From: Burkholderiales bacterium
GTDB taxonomy: Bacteria > Pseudomonadota > Gammaproteobacteria > Burkholderiales > SG8-39
Length of the DNA stretch: 45,909 nt
Reading direction: 5' to 3'
Assembly (NCBI GenBank): GCA_035549805.1
Contig: DASZQH010000361.1
Span: 1-45,909, forward strand
Below are positions 10,099-20,695 of the stretch, in pieces. Position 1 is the stretch's first letter, and every line of letters begins with the position of its first letter. A program made the position numbers and the translations under genes. A model generated the notes under the pieces. It made no database searches. It was given only the letters and a program-made list of their open reading frames with translations, and was not told the origin of the DNA.

Positions 10099-10803
10099 CT
10101 ACGGGACCTGCGCGGCGTCCATGCGCCCGTAGATCGTGGAGACGCGGCCGGCGAGATAGGGCGTGACCTTGCCGCGGTGGTAGCGGCGCGGGCTTGGCAG
10201 GATCGACGCGAGCCAGGCGGCCTGCGAGGCATTGAGCGACGACGCCGGCAGGTTGAAGTGATAGCGCGCCGCGGCCTCGGCGCCGAACACGCCCTCGCCC
10301 CACTCCGCGACGTTGAGATAGAGCTCGAGGATCCGCCGCTTGGACATGGTGCGCTCGAGCATCCAGGTGATGATCGCCTCCTGCACCTTGCGGACATAGG
10401 AGCGCTCGCCCGAGAGGAAGAGGTTCTTCGCGAGCTGCTGGCTGATGGTGGAGGCGCCCGCCACCACCCTGCCCTTCTTCTCGTTGCGCGCGATCGCCTT
10501 CTGGATCGCCTCCCAGTCGAAGCCTTCGTGGTCGAGGAATTTCGCGTCCTCGGCCGCCACCACGGCGCGCTTGAGGTGCGGCGAGATCCGCTCGTACGGC
10601 ACCCACTGGCGGCGCAGGGTCGCCTTCGGATCCTTCGCCCGCAGCTGCTCGAGGCGCCGGTCCATGAACGCGGTGCTCGCGGGATCGAAGGCGTTCAGGT
10701 ACAGGATCTGCGCATAGAACCAGGCCTGCAGGCCGGCGACGACGAGCACGGCCGCCGCCGCGGCATAGGCGAGCGCCTTGAGCAGCAGCCGGAGAGCCTT
10801 CAC
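10099..10803 (-). CDS. mtgA: Monofunctional biosynthetic peptidoglycan transglycosylase
   Basis: GTG start (VKALRLLLK) forms a GTGA overlap with the aroE stop. GT51 motifs AAEDAKFLDHEGFD, GASTISQQLAKN and RKVQEA follow a TM anchor. Confidence 0.9.
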   Translation of the reverse strand: MKALRLLLKALAYAAAAAVLVVAGLQAWFYAQILYLNAFDPASTAFMDRRLEQLRAKDPKATLRRQWVPYERISPHLKRAVVAAEDAKFLDHEGFDWEAIQKAIARNEKKGRVVAGASTISQQLAKNLFLSGERSYVRKVQEAIITWMLERTMSKRRILELYLNVAEWGEGVFGAEAAARYHFNLPASSLNASQAAWLASILPSPRRYHRGKVTPYLAGRVSTIYGRMDAAQVP

Positions 10804-11603
10804 GCCGCGCCGTTGCGCAGGCGCCGCAGGACGTCCCCCGTTTCGGGGCGCACGCCGCGCCAGATGTGGAAGGACTCGGCCGCCTGCTCGACCAGCATCC
10901 CGAGGCCGTCGCTCACGCGTGCGCCGGCCTTGCGCGCGCTTTCCAGGAACGGCGTGTCGCGGCCATAGACCATGTCGTACGCGAGGGTCCCGCTGCGCAG
11001 GACGCCGGCGGGAAGCGCGATCGCATCCCCGGACAGGCCCGACGACGTGGCGTTCACGACGAGATCGAACGCGCGGCCGGCAACGGCGTCGTAGCTGCTC
11101 CCGAGCGTGCCGGCGAAGCGCTCGGCCAGCGCCGCCGCCTTGCCGACGGTGCGGTTCGCGATGACGAGGGAGGCGACGCCGGCCTCCAGCAACGACGCCA
11201 CGACGCTCTGCGCGGCGCCTCCCGCGCCCATCAGCAGAACGCGGCGCCCGCGCAGCGGGAAGTCGAGGTTGCGCTCGAGATCCGCGACGAGCCCCGGCCC
11301 GTCGGTCGTGTCGCCCCGGACTTCGCCTTCGAGGACGAGCGTGTTGACGGCCTGGGCGCCGCGCGCCCGCTCGGTCGGGCGGGTGCAATACCGATAGGCA
11401 TCGCCCTTGAACGGCAGCGTGACGTTGAGGCCCTTGCCGCCCGCGGCCCGGAACGCGTCGACCGTCTCGGCGAAGCGCCCCAGCGGCGCTTCGATCCTCG
11501 AGTACTCGATGTCCTGCGCGCAGGCGCGCGCGAACTCGCCGTGGATCCACGGCGACCGGGAGTGCGCGACCGGATTGCCGATCACGGCGTAGCGGTCGGT
11601 CAT
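10800..11603 (-). CDS. aroE: Shikimate dehydrogenase
   Basis: 267 aa with the VIGNPVAHSRSP and NVTLPFK motifs and the GAGGAA NADP loop. Confidence 0.92.
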   Translation of the reverse strand: MTDRYAVIGNPVAHSRSPWIHGEFARACAQDIEYSRIEAPLGRFAETVDAFRAAGGKGLNVTLPFKGDAYRYCTRPTERARGAQAVNTLVLEGEVRGDTTDGPGLVADLERNLDFPLRGRRVLLMGAGGAAQSVVASLLEAGVASLVIANRTVGKAAALAERFAGTLGSSYDAVAGRAFDLVVNATSSGLSGDAIALPAGVLRSGTLAYDMVYGRDTPFLESARKAGARVSDGLGMLVEQAAESFHIWRGVRPETGDVLRRLRNGAA

Positions 11604-11613
11604 GCCCGCCCTC

Positions 11614-12486
11614 CTACTCCGTCCAGATCTTGTCGCCCTGCCCGAAGAACCAGGTCCGCGTGATCACGAGCAGGTCGGTATCCCGGCGGATGCTGGCCGG
11701 GAACGCCGAGAACGGCGCGGCCATGCGCACGATGCGGAACGCCGCCGCGTCGAGGACCTTGAGGCCCGAGGAGCGGTCGAGCTCCACGGATTCCACCGAG
11801 CCGTCCGGGCGCAGCGTGACGGTGAGACGCAGGGTGCCGTAGAACTTGCCGCGCGCCTCGGCCGGATAGTTGAGCGTGCCGACGCGCTCGACCTTCGCGC
11901 GCCACTCTTCCTCGGATTGGGCGAAGCGGTATTCCGCGGCGCGGGCGCCGATGAACTTCTTGCGCGGCCGCTTCTGGTACTCCTCGATGTTCTTGCTGAT
12001 CTCGGCCTCGAGCTTCATCATCGCGAGCGCCCGGTCGGCGAGGTCGCGGCCGCTCTGGGCCGGCTCTTCCGCGGGCGCCTGCTTCTGCGTGTCCACGTTC
12101 ACCCGGGAGCGGGACTCGCGCGCCTGCGCGAGCAGGCGCTGCTGCTGCGCCTCGAGCTGCTGCACGCGGCGCTGCGCCTCGAGCACGTCGCGGCCGGGAT
12201 TGCGCGGGTTGGTGAGCGGCAGCGGCGAGCTCATGCGGCGGTTCTCGTCGACGTTGCCCCCGCGGTCGAGGTTCGCCTGAGCCAGCACGTCGGCCTTCGC
12301 CGGACGTTCGCGCGTGCGGGCGTTGACCAGCACGACGTCGAGCGGCGCGGTCATGGATTTCCAGTGCGGGTCCGGAAACTTGAAGTGGACCGAAAGGAAG
12401 ATGGCGTGCAGGACGATGGAGGCGCCGACCGCGGCAGAAAGCGCGCGGTCCCGGGCGGCCCACTCCATCATCAAGCTTATTCTCAC
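11614..12486 (-). CDS. TonB-family energy transducer-like protein
   Basis: N-terminal TM helix, a charged Q/R/E-rich linker, and a C-terminal TonB_C-like domain (YPAEARGKFYGTLRLTVTLRPDGSV..VLDAAA). Confidence 0.75.
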   Translation of the reverse strand: MRISLMMEWAARDRALSAAVGASIVLHAIFLSVHFKFPDPHWKSMTAPLDVVLVNARTRERPAKADVLAQANLDRGGNVDENRRMSSPLPLTNPRNPGRDVLEAQRRVQQLEAQQQRLLAQARESRSRVNVDTQKQAPAEEPAQSGRDLADRALAMMKLEAEISKNIEEYQKRPRKKFIGARAAEYRFAQSEEEWRAKVERVGTLNYPAEARGKFYGTLRLTVTLRPDGSVESVELDRSSGLKVLDAAAFRIVRMAAPFSAFPASIRRDTDLLVITRTWFFGQGDKIWTE

Positions 12487-12551
12487 GTTTCCCTTACAAG
12501 CCTTTCATCACACAGGTTTTTCAGGTCGCATGCCCCGCCATTCTAGGCTTT

Positions 12552-14399
12552 TCAGGCGGCCGCAGCGAGGGTTTCACGATAGCGACAGCTCAGGGTGCGC
12601 TCGAGAAGGTCGACCGCTTCGACGTCGAGACGGACCCGCGTGCCCGGATCCAGGGGAGGAAGGGAGGACACCCGCGTCACGAGCGGAATGCCATCGAGCC
12701 GCACCAGGTTCTCGCGCAGGACCACGCCGGCGATGGACTTGACCTCCTCCTGCAGCAGCCAGCGCAGCGACCAGTAGTCTTCCATTGCGCGCTGGTGCTC
12801 GTCGAACCGCGCGTAGGTCACCTCGAAGGCGCGCAGCGCGGCGAGCAGCGAATCCGAGGTGCGGGTGAAGGGTGCGCGGCGGCCGCCCAGGCTCGCGATG
12901 AGCTGCCACTGGTTGACGAGGTCGACGTAGCGCCGCAGCGGCGAGCTCATCCATGCGTAGCAGGCGACGCCGAGGCCCTCGTGCGGTTCCGCGTGCACGC
13001 TCATCCGCACCTTGCCGACGGATTGGACGCGGTACAGCGCCGCGACGTCGCGCTCCGCGAGCAGCTCCCCCCAGGTCGAGTTGGCGAGGATCATCAGCTC
13101 CGAGACGAGCTTGTCGAGCGGCGAGCCGCGCGGTCGCGGCACGATGCGAACCCTGCCCTCCTCGACGTAGAACGAATAGTCGAGCAGGCCGGCGGGCGTG
13201 CTCGCCTTGCCGCGCTTCTTCTCGAGCGTTTCGGCAAAGCGGTGCAACGCTCGCAGCTCCTCCTCGTACGGCAGGCCCGTCAGGCCGCCGGTGGCGAGCG
13301 CGTGGTTGAGCACCTCGTACTCCACGTGGCGCAGGTTGGCGGCGACGCGCAGGCGCTCCACCTTGGATGCGCGCGCCGTGATCGACCCGTCTTCCTCATT
13401 CACCTCCACGTAAAGCGAGACGGCGGGGCGCATTTCGCCGGCGTCGAGGGAGAAGCGGGCAATCACATCGTCGGGCAGCATCGTGAACTTCCGGCCCGGC
13501 ATGTAGGCGGTCGACAGGCGCTCCCGCGCGATCGCGTCCAGGGGAGATCCCGGCGGAAACCCGACCGCGGGGGCCGCGATGTGGATGCCGATGCGCAGCA
13601 CGCCCGGGGCCGGGCGCCTGACCGAGAAGGCGTCGTCGATCTCCGTGGTTCCAACGTCATCCAGGCTGAACGCCTCCACCTCGGCGAGCGGCAACTCCGC
13701 GGGAAGCTCGGGGACTTCGTGGGGCGCAAACCCGGTGCCCCGCGGGAAGAACTCGCGCAGGAACCGCCCCAGGTGGTACTCGTGCGGGTCCGGCAGGAGG
13801 TTGCAGCGGGCGAAGAGCTGGACGGCGCTGAGCCCCGCTTCCTTGCACGCCTGCTCGAAGGCCTTGGTCTCGGGCTTGTTGCGATCCGGGGCGTAAAGGA
13901 GCTCGTCCTTGAGCGCGGCGATCTCCGGCGGGCACTCCCCGCGCCCGAGCGCGGCGGTCCATTGCACGATCTGCTCCTGCTGGCGCTTCTTCTTCTCGAC
14001 CGCGGCGAGCGCGAGCTTGAGGGTCGCTTCGGGGGCGGCCTGGAAACGCCCCTTCCCTCGCCGGTAGAAGTACACCGGCGCCGCGTGCAGCGCGACCAGC
14101 ACGCCCGCGGCTTCCAGCGCGCTCGGCGCGTGGCCCACGTAGTCGCGCGCGAGATCACCGAAAGCGAACTCGTGCGTGCCGCAGCACTGCCAGAGGAAGT
14201 CGACATCGACCGACCTGGCGAACGCGCCCGCCTGCGCGAGGAGCTCCGCGCCCGCGGGATGCTCGAACTCGAGCAGCACGCTCGCCGCCTTGATCTTGGA
14301 ACGCCGGCCGTGCGGGCTCTCGACATGCAAGGAAGCCGGCGCCTGCGACATCACGGCGCCGACCTTGAGCTCTCCGTCCTCCTCATAGAGCACCTGCAT
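12552..14399 (-). CDS. RNB-domain 3'-5' exoribonuclease (RNase II/R family)
   Basis: 615 aa with the RNB catalytic signature TTEIDDAFSV and SSPLRRYVDLVNQ. Confidence 0.85.
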   Translation of the reverse strand: MQVLYEEDGELKVGAVMSQAPASLHVESPHGRRSKIKAASVLLEFEHPAGAELLAQAGAFARSVDVDFLWQCCGTHEFAFGDLARDYVGHAPSALEAAGVLVALHAAPVYFYRRGKGRFQAAPEATLKLALAAVEKKKRQQEQIVQWTAALGRGECPPEIAALKDELLYAPDRNKPETKAFEQACKEAGLSAVQLFARCNLLPDPHEYHLGRFLREFFPRGTGFAPHEVPELPAELPLAEVEAFSLDDVGTTEIDDAFSVRRPAPGVLRIGIHIAAPAVGFPPGSPLDAIARERLSTAYMPGRKFTMLPDDVIARFSLDAGEMRPAVSLYVEVNEEDGSITARASKVERLRVAANLRHVEYEVLNHALATGGLTGLPYEEELRALHRFAETLEKKRGKASTPAGLLDYSFYVEEGRVRIVPRPRGSPLDKLVSELMILANSTWGELLAERDVAALYRVQSVGKVRMSVHAEPHEGLGVACYAWMSSPLRRYVDLVNQWQLIASLGGRRAPFTRTSDSLLAALRAFEVTYARFDEHQRAMEDYWSLRWLLQEEVKSIAGVVLRENLVRLDGIPLVTRVSSLPPLDPGTRVRLDVEAVDLLERTLSCRYRETLAAAA

Positions 14400-14404
14400 G
14401 GCGC

Positions 14405-14965
14405 TCAGCCCGCCAGGCCGGCGAAGCGCAGGATGCGCGGCAGGTGCTCCGGGAAGCTCTGCAGGCTATGGTCGCCGCCCTGCACGACCACCTGCTCCGC
14501 CCCGGCATACCGCTCGACCGCCTTGCGGTAGTCCAGGAGCTCGTCGCCGGTCTCGACCAGCAGCAGGTAGCGGCGGGGATCAATGCGGGGCACGACCAGC
14601 GCGGCCCACTCGTCGAGATGGCGCTCGGTGAGCTCGTACGGCTCCCCCGTATGGAGGTTGGTCTGCGTGCCGAGGAAGGCGCGCAGCCCGACGTGCGGCT
14701 CGATGGCGGGGTTGATCAGCACCGCCTTCGCATCGTGCTTCTCGGCGAGATGCGTCGCATAGAAGCCGCCCAGCGACGAGCCGACGAAGCAGGTTCCGCT
14801 GCCCAGGGAGAGGGATTCGATTCGGCGCATCGCCTCGCTCGCGAGCGGCGGGAGCGCAGGGCACGCATAGCGGGCGCCAAGGCCGCGGGAGTTGAGATAC
14901 TTCTCCATGACCTGCGCTTTGTGCGACTGCGGCGAGGAGTTGAAGCCGTGCAGGTAAACGATCAC
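14405..14965 (-). CDS. yqiA: YqiA/YcfP family alpha/beta-fold esterase
   Basis: 186 aa with IVYLHGFNSSP, the nucleophile elbow GSSLGG, and C-terminal GGDH. The GTG start forms a GTGA overlap with the mpl stop. Confidence 0.8.
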   Translation of the reverse strand: MIVYLHGFNSSPQSHKAQVMEKYLNSRGLGARYACPALPPLASEAMRRIESLSLGSGTCFVGSSLGGFYATHLAEKHDAKAVLINPAIEPHVGLRAFLGTQTNLHTGEPYELTERHLDEWAALVVPRIDPRRYLLLVETGDELLDYRKAVERYAGAEQVVVQGGDHSLQSFPEHLPRILRFAGLAG

Positions 14966-16329
14966 TTCGTCCTCCCGCGTCGCTCCAGCGCGGCGAGCAG
15001 CTTCGCGTGCACGCCGCCGAACCCGCCATTCGACATCACGAGGACGTGATCGCCGGGGAGGGCGTCCTGTGCCACTTCCCCGACCAGGCGATCGAGATCA
15101 TCGATGCAGCGCGCCCTTTCACCCAGCGGACCGAAGACCCTTTCGGCGTCCCAGCCCAGGCCGGCCGTGTAGACGAAGACCCGCTCGGCGCTCGCCACGC
15201 TCGCCGGCAGCTCGTCCTTCATGACGCCGCGCTTCATCGTATTGGAGCGGGGCTCTAGCACCGCGAGGATCCGGCCCTCCGGCTCCTTGTGGCGCAGGCC
15301 TTCGAGCGTGGTACGGATCGCCGTCGGGTGGTGAGCGAAGTCGTCGTAGACGGTGACGCCGGCCACCGTCCCGCGCAGCTCCATGCGGCGCCGCACGCCG
15401 CCGAAGGAGCTCAGGGCCTCGACCGCCGCGCCGGGAGGGACACCGATCGCATGGGCCGCACCGATCACGGCAAGAGCGTTCAGGCGGTTGTGCTCGCCCA
15501 TCTGGGTCCACTCCACGGTACCCACGATTCGACCGTCCATGAAGACTTCGAATGCGCCATCCGCGGCTGCCGCGCCCGCAGTCCACTTCCCAGTAGGTCC
15601 GAACCCTTCCGCCGACGACCAGCAACCTAATGTGAGCACCCGCTTCAGGTTTTCGTCCCCGGCGTTGTACAGGATCCGACCTGATGCGGGGACGATCCGC
15701 ACGAAGTGATGGAATTGCCGCTCGATCGATGCAAGATCTTGAAAGATGTCTGCATGATCGAATTCCAGATTGTTCAGAATCGCCGTGCGCGCCCGGTAGT
15801 GGACGAACTTGGAACGCTTGTCGAAGAAGGCGGTGTCGTACTCGTCTGCCTCGATCACGAAGAACCGTGATGCGCCAAGCCGGGCTGACACCGGGAAATC
15901 CTTCGGAACCCCGCCAATGAGGAACCCCGGCTGGAGCCCTGCGCGCTCGAGCACCCACGCCAGCATCGATGTCGCCGTGGTCTTGCCGTGCGTGCCGGCG
16001 ATCGCCAGCACATGGCGGCCGTCGAGGACGTTCTCGGCCAGCCACTGGGGCCCGGAGATGTACCGGTCCCCCCGATCGAGGATCGCCTCCATGAGGGGGT
16101 TTCCCCGGGTGACGACGTTGCCGATCACCCAATGGTCGGGCTTCAGCGCGAGCTGGTCGGCGCCGAATCCTTCGGTGAGCTCGATGCCGAGTGCGGCCAG
16201 TTGGTCGCTCATCGGGGGGTAGACGTTGGCGTCGCACCCCGTCACGCGGTACCCGGCGGCTTTCGCGATCGCGGCGATGCCGCCCATGAACGTGCCGCAG
16301 ATGCCGAGGATGTGGATGTGTCCGGCCAT
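14962..16329 (-). CDS. mpl: UDP-N-acetylmuramate:L-alanyl-gamma-D-glutamyl-meso-DAP ligase
   Basis: Internal ATG at 16329 (MAGHIHILGICGTFMGG). Near-collinear with E. coli Mpl, including AGTHGKTT. The upstream 288 codons of the track ORF are artefact. Confidence 0.92.
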   Translation of the reverse strand: MAGHIHILGICGTFMGGIAAIAKAAGYRVTGCDANVYPPMSDQLAALGIELTEGFGADQLALKPDHWVIGNVVTRGNPLMEAILDRGDRYISGPQWLAENVLDGRHVLAIAGTHGKTTATSMLAWVLERAGLQPGFLIGGVPKDFPVSARLGASRFFVIEADEYDTAFFDKRSKFVHYRARTAILNNLEFDHADIFQDLASIERQFHHFVRIVPASGRILYNAGDENLKRVLTLGCWSSAEGFGPTGKWTAGAAAADGAFEVFMDGRIVGTVEWTQMGEHNRLNALAVIGAAHAIGVPPGAAVEALSSFGGVRRRMELRGTVAGVTVYDDFAHHPTAIRTTLEGLRHKEPEGRILAVLEPRSNTMKRGVMKDELPASVASAERVFVYTAGLGWDAERVFGPLGERARCIDDLDRLVGEVAQDALPGDHVLVMSNGGFGGVHAKLLAALERRGRTK

Positions 16330-16416
16330 GAGAGGGGAAATGGGAGGCGAGGCGGGAAGCGGCGCAATTTTATTCGCTATGATTGGGCGCTCCCCCGTTC
16401 TTTTCCTTCCACCCTC

Positions 16417-17034
16417 GTGGCCCGCAGGAACTCCCGACAGACCGGCGTCCGGGCGCGCATCGCCGCCGCCGCCGCGCGCCTCATGGCCGAGGACGGCATC
16501 GACGACTTCGCGCTCGCGAAGCGCAAGGCGGCCCGCCAGCTCGGGGCGTCGGAGAAGGAGGGGCTGCCCGGCAACGACGAGATCGAGGCGGAGCTGCGCG
16601 CCTACCGCGCCCTCTACCAGGCGGACGAGCACCCCGAACGCATCGCCGAGCTGCGCGCCGTCGCACTGGACGCGATGCAGGCCCTCGAGCGGTTCAGCCC
16701 CTACCTCACCGGCCCGGTTCTCGAGGGAATCGCCGGGCCGTATGCCGAGATCGAGCTGCAGCTCTTCCCGGAAAGCGCGAAGGAGGTCGAGATCTTCCTC
16801 CTCGAGCGCAACCTTCCGTTCACGACGCGCGAAGGGCGCCGCTACGCGGGCGATCGCGCGCGGTCGGTCAGCGTCTTCTCCATCGAGTGGCAGGGCGTGC
16901 CGCTGCGGCTGTCGGTGTTCGACCCGCGCGACGAGCGCGTCGCGCTGAAGACCTCGGTTGCCGGGCGAGTGGCAGGGCGCGCCGGGATCGCCGAGGTCGG
17001 CGCCTTGCTGCGGGGCTCCGGTGGATCGTCGTAG
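16417..17034 (+). CDS. Conserved hypothetical protein (possible HTH N-terminus)
   Basis: GTG at 16417, in frame with track ORF 15988..17034, divergent from mpl. Codon usage looks coding and no catalytic motif was recognised. Start uncertain. Confidence 0.55.
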   Translation: MARRNSRQTGVRARIAAAAARLMAEDGIDDFALAKRKAARQLGASEKEGLPGNDEIEAELRAYRALYQADEHPERIAELRAVALDAMQALERFSPYLTGPVLEGIAGPYAEIELQLFPESAKEVEIFLLERNLPFTTREGRRYAGDRARSVSVFSIEWQGVPLRLSVFDPRDERVALKTSVAGRVAGRAGIAEVGALLRGSGGSS

Positions 17035-17539
17035 GGCCATTACCGTCGCCGGCATCGGCATCGGCGCCGCGGCGGCCGGCGCCATTGCGGGCGCCTTCTT
17101 CTGGCAGCAACGCAGCGGTGCCGCCGCCCTGCTGAACACTGTGTTCCCCGACCTGCATGGGCAGGCGCGCCGCCTGCGGGACTGGCAAGGCAAGACGGTG
17201 GTGGTGAATTTCTGGGCAACCTGGTGCGAGCCGTGCCGCGAAGAGATCCCTTTACTTATCCAGGCTTCCGATACTTATGCCGGAAGAGGGCTGGAAGTTG
17301 TCGGCATCGCCATCGATACGGTCGATAAAATACGCGAATTTGGCGCTAAGTTCGGCATTTCCTACACTTCCCTGGTCGGGGATATGCGGGCCTTGGACCT
17401 GATCCGGCAGTTGGGGAATCCCGCCGGGGCGCTGCCGTTCTCCGTGATCCTGGACCGGGCCGGGGCAGTGGCGAGCCGAAAGCTGGGCGCCTACAAGGAC
17501 AGGGAGCTGGACCGGGAGCTGACAGCCATCCTGCGGTAA
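17021..17539 (+). CDS. TlpA/ResA-like thiol:disulfide oxidoreductase (thioredoxin fold)
   Basis: WCEPC active site inside [19 protein letters not shown]-terminal [18 protein letters not shown] anchor. A GTG start at 17021 is proposed; the track start is 16958. Confidence 0.8.
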   Translation: MDRRRAITVAGIGIGAAAAGAIAGAFFWQQRSGAAALLNTVFPDLHGQARRLRDWQGKTVVVNFWATWCEPCREEIPLLIQASDTYAGRGLEVVGIAIDTVDKIREFGAKFGISYTSLVGDMRALDLIRQLGNPAGALPFSVILDRAGAVASRKLGAYKDRELDRELTAILR

Positions 17540-17561
17540 ACTGCCGCCTTCTGCGGCGAAA

Positions 17562-18020
17562 ATGGTCAAAAAATCAAAAAAACCCAAGGTCCTCGTGATT
17601 CATGGACCTAACCTGAACCTGCTCGGAACCCGCGAGCCGACGGTTTACGGCCGCGAAACGCTCGAGGCAATCAACAAGCGGCTGGTGTCTGCGGGCTCGA
17701 AGGAGGGCGTCGACGTCGCCTGCTTCCAAAGCAACCTCGAGGGTGCCCTCATCGACCGGGTCCACGCGGCAAAACGGGAAGGCGTCGGCTTCATCGTCAT
17801 CAATCCGGCCGGTTACACGCATACCAGCGTCGCCTTGCGCGACGCGCTCGCGGGAGTCGCCGTCCCGTTCATCGAAGTGCACCTGTCCAACGTCCATGCC
17901 CGCGAGGCTTTCCGCCACCGCTCGTTCTTTTCGGACATCGCGGTCGGCACGATCGTCGGGCTGGGAAGCCGCGGGTACGACTACGCGCTCGAAAGCGCCA
18001 TCGAGGCCGTCGCCCGCTAG
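17562..18020 (+). CDS. aroQ: Type II 3-dehydroquinate dehydratase
   Basis: 152 aa with [23 protein letters not shown] and EVHLSN motifs. Confidence 0.95.
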   Translation: MVKKSKKPKVLVIHGPNLNLLGTREPTVYGRETLEAINKRLVSAGSKEGVDVACFQSNLEGALIDRVHAAKREGVGFIVINPAGYTHTSVALRDALAGVAVPFIEVHLSNVHAREAFRHRSFFSDIAVGTIVGLGSRGYDYALESAIEAVAR

Positions 18021-18043
18021 GCGGGCCGGTCGAAGGGGACGCC

Positions 18044-18505
<462 letters not shown>

Positions 18506-18506
18506 C

Positions 18507-19862
18507 GTGTTCGAGAAGATCCTCATCGCCAACCGCGGCGAGATCGCGCTGCGCATCCAGCGCGCCTGCCGCGAGCTCGGAATTCGCACCGTCGTCGTGC
18601 ACTCCGAGGCCGACACCGAAGCGAAGTACGTGAAGCTCGCCGACGAATCGGTCTGCATCGGTCCGCCACCGGCGAGCGCGAGCTATCTCAACATCCCCGC
18701 GATCATCAGCGCGGCGGAAGTCACCGACGCCGAGGCGATCCATCCCGGCTACGGCTTCCTGTCGGAGAACGCGGATTTCGCGGAAAAGGTCGAGCGCTCC
18801 GGCTTCGTGTTCATCGGTCCGCACCCCGAGAACATCCGTCTGATGGGCGACAAGGTGAGCGCGAAGCAGGCGATGGTGAAGGCGGGGGTCCCGACGGTCC
18901 CGGGCTCGGAGGGCCCGCTGCCCGAAGACCCGAAGGAGATCGTCAAGGTCGCGCGCAAGATCGGCTACCCGGTGATCATCAAGGCGGCCGGCGGCGGGGG
19001 CGGGCGGGGGATGCGCGTGGTCCACACGGAGGCGGCGCTGATCAACGGCGTCAACATGACCCGCGCCGAAGCCCAGGCGGCCTTCGGCAACCCGGTCGTC
19101 TACCTGGAGAAGTACCTGGAGAATCCGCGCCACATCGAGTTCCAGGTGCTCGCCGACGGGCACAAGAACGCGGTGTACCTCTTCGAGCGCGACTGCTCGC
19201 TGCAGCGCCGCCACCAGAAGGTGATGGAGGAGGCTCCCGCGCCGGAGCTGCCGACCAAGCTGCGCGACAAGATCGGCGAGCGCTGCGTGGAAGCCTGCCG
19301 CAAGATCGGCTACCGCGGCGCGGGCACGTTCGAGTTCCTCTATGAGGACGGCGAGTTCTTCTTCATCGAGATGAACACGCGCATCCAGGTCGAGCACCCG
19401 GTCACCGAGATGATCACCGGCATCGATCTCGTGCAGGAGCAGATCTACGTCGCCTCGGGACAGAAGCTGCGCGTGCGGCAGAAGGACCTGCAGGTCCGCG
19501 GCCACGCCATCGAATGCCGGATCAACGCCGAGGATCCCTACCGCTTCACGCCCTCGCCGGGCAAGATCACCTCCTACCATCCCCCGGGCGGGCCCGGCAT
19601 CCGCGTCGACTCCCACGTCTACCAGGGCTATTCCGTGCCGCCCTACTACGATTCCATGGTCGGCAAGGTCATCGCCTACGGCGCCACGCGCGAGCAGGCC
19701 ATCGCCCGCATGAAGATCGCCCTCTCGGAGATGGTGGTCGAAGGCATCCAGACGAACATCCCCCTGCACCGCGATCTTCTCAACGATACGCGCGTGCTCC
19801 GGGGCGGGGTCTCGATCCACTACCTCGAGTCGAAGCTCGCCGAGGAGCACAAGAAGAAGTAA
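18507..19862 (+). CDS. accC: Acetyl-CoA carboxylase biotin carboxylase subunit
   Basis: 451 aa with a GTG start. Motifs [21 protein letters not shown] and [14 protein letters not shown]. Confidence 0.95.
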   Translation: MFEKILIANRGEIALRIQRACRELGIRTVVVHSEADTEAKYVKLADESVCIGPPPASASYLNIPAIISAAEVTDAEAIHPGYGFLSENADFAEKVERSGFVFIGPHPENIRLMGDKVSAKQAMVKAGVPTVPGSEGPLPEDPKEIVKVARKIGYPVIIKAAGGGGGRGMRVVHTEAALINGVNMTRAEAQAAFGNPVVYLEKYLENPRHIEFQVLADGHKNAVYLFERDCSLQRRHQKVMEEAPAPELPTKLRDKIGERCVEACRKIGYRGAGTFEFLYEDGEFFFIEMNTRIQVEHPVTEMITGIDLVQEQIYVASGQKLRVRQKDLQVRGHAIECRINAEDPYRFTPSPGKITSYHPPGGPGIRVDSHVYQGYSVPPYYDSMVGKVIAYGATREQAIARMKIALSEMVVEGIQTNIPLHRDLLNDTRVLRGGVSIHYLESKLAEEHKKK

Positions 19863-20695
19863 TGCCCTGGCTCGCCCTGAGCTTCGCGGTCGATGCCGAA
19901 GAGGCCGACGTCATGGGCGATGCGCTTCTCGGCGCCGGCGCGCATTCGGTCACCGTCGACGACCCGCAGTCGCCGACCTGCCGCGTGACTGCGCTGCTCG
20001 CCGAGGCCGCCGACGCCCGCGCCGTGCTGGCGAGCGCGGCCCGCGACTGCGGCGTCGCGGCGCCGGCGAGGTTCGTGGTCGAGCGCGTGGAGGACGAGGA
20101 CTGGGTGCGGCGCACGCAGGCCCAGTTCAAGCCGATTGCGATCGGCGATCGCCTGTGGGTCGGTCCGGGATGGCACGAGCCCCCGGCGGGCACGCGCGCC
20201 GCGGTGGTCCGCATCGACCCCGGCCTCGCGTTCGGCACCGGATCGCACCCGTCGACGCGTCTCATGCTCGAGTACCTTGCCGGGCGCATCTCGGGGAACG
20301 AGCGCGTGCTCGACTACGGGTGCGGCTCGGGGATCCTCGCCGTGGCCGCTGCCCGCCTTGGTGCCGCGGCCGTCGACGCGGTCGACATCGACCCGCAATC
20401 GGTCGAGGCAACGACCGCGAACGCCGCGCGCAACGCGGTGCGCGTGCGCGCGGCGCTCCCGGATGCCCTGCCTGCCGGCGACTATGATGTCGTGGTGGCG
20501 AACATCCTCGCGCAGCCCCTGATCCTGCTCGCGCCGCTCCTTGCGGCCCGCGTCGCGCCGCAAGGAACGATCGCCCTCGCCGGGCTGCTCGAGGCCCAGG
20601 CCGACGAAGTGAGGACGGCCTACGAGCCGTACTTCCATACACGCCGCGCGCTCGCTCAGGAGGGCTGGTCCCTCGTCGAGGGCACGAAGCGATGA
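19862..20695 (+). CDS. prmA: Ribosomal protein L11 methyltransferase
   Basis: ATG at 19862 shares one nt with the accC TAA. Motifs GLAFGTGSHPST and the SAM motif VLDYGCGSGILA. Confidence 0.9.
   Translation: MPWLALSFAVDAEEADVMGDALLGAGAHSVTVDDPQSPTCRVTALLAEAADARAVLASAARDCGVAAPARFVVERVEDEDWVRRTQAQFKPIAIGDRLWVGPGWHEPPAGTRAAVVRIDPGLAFGTGSHPSTRLMLEYLAGRISGNERVLDYGCGSGILAVAAARLGAAAVDAVDIDPQSVEATTANAARNAVRVRAALPDALPAGDYDVVVANILAQPLILLAPLLAARVAPQGTIALAGLLEAQADEVRTAYEPYFHTRRALAQEGWSLVEGTKR

Noticed and set aside
12795-14531. A 578-aa ORF antisense to the RNB exoribonuclease and yqiA.
   Set aside because: High-GC antisense artefact with an Arg/Gly/Ala-rich product. The opposite strand has clear RNB and esterase motifs.
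17230-17600. Local GC dip to about 50-58% across the 3' half of the TlpA-like gene and the aroQ start.
   Set aside because: The dip is modest and short. Both genes remain intact and in frame, and there are no flanking repeats or mobility genes. That is insufficient evidence for horizontal insertion.
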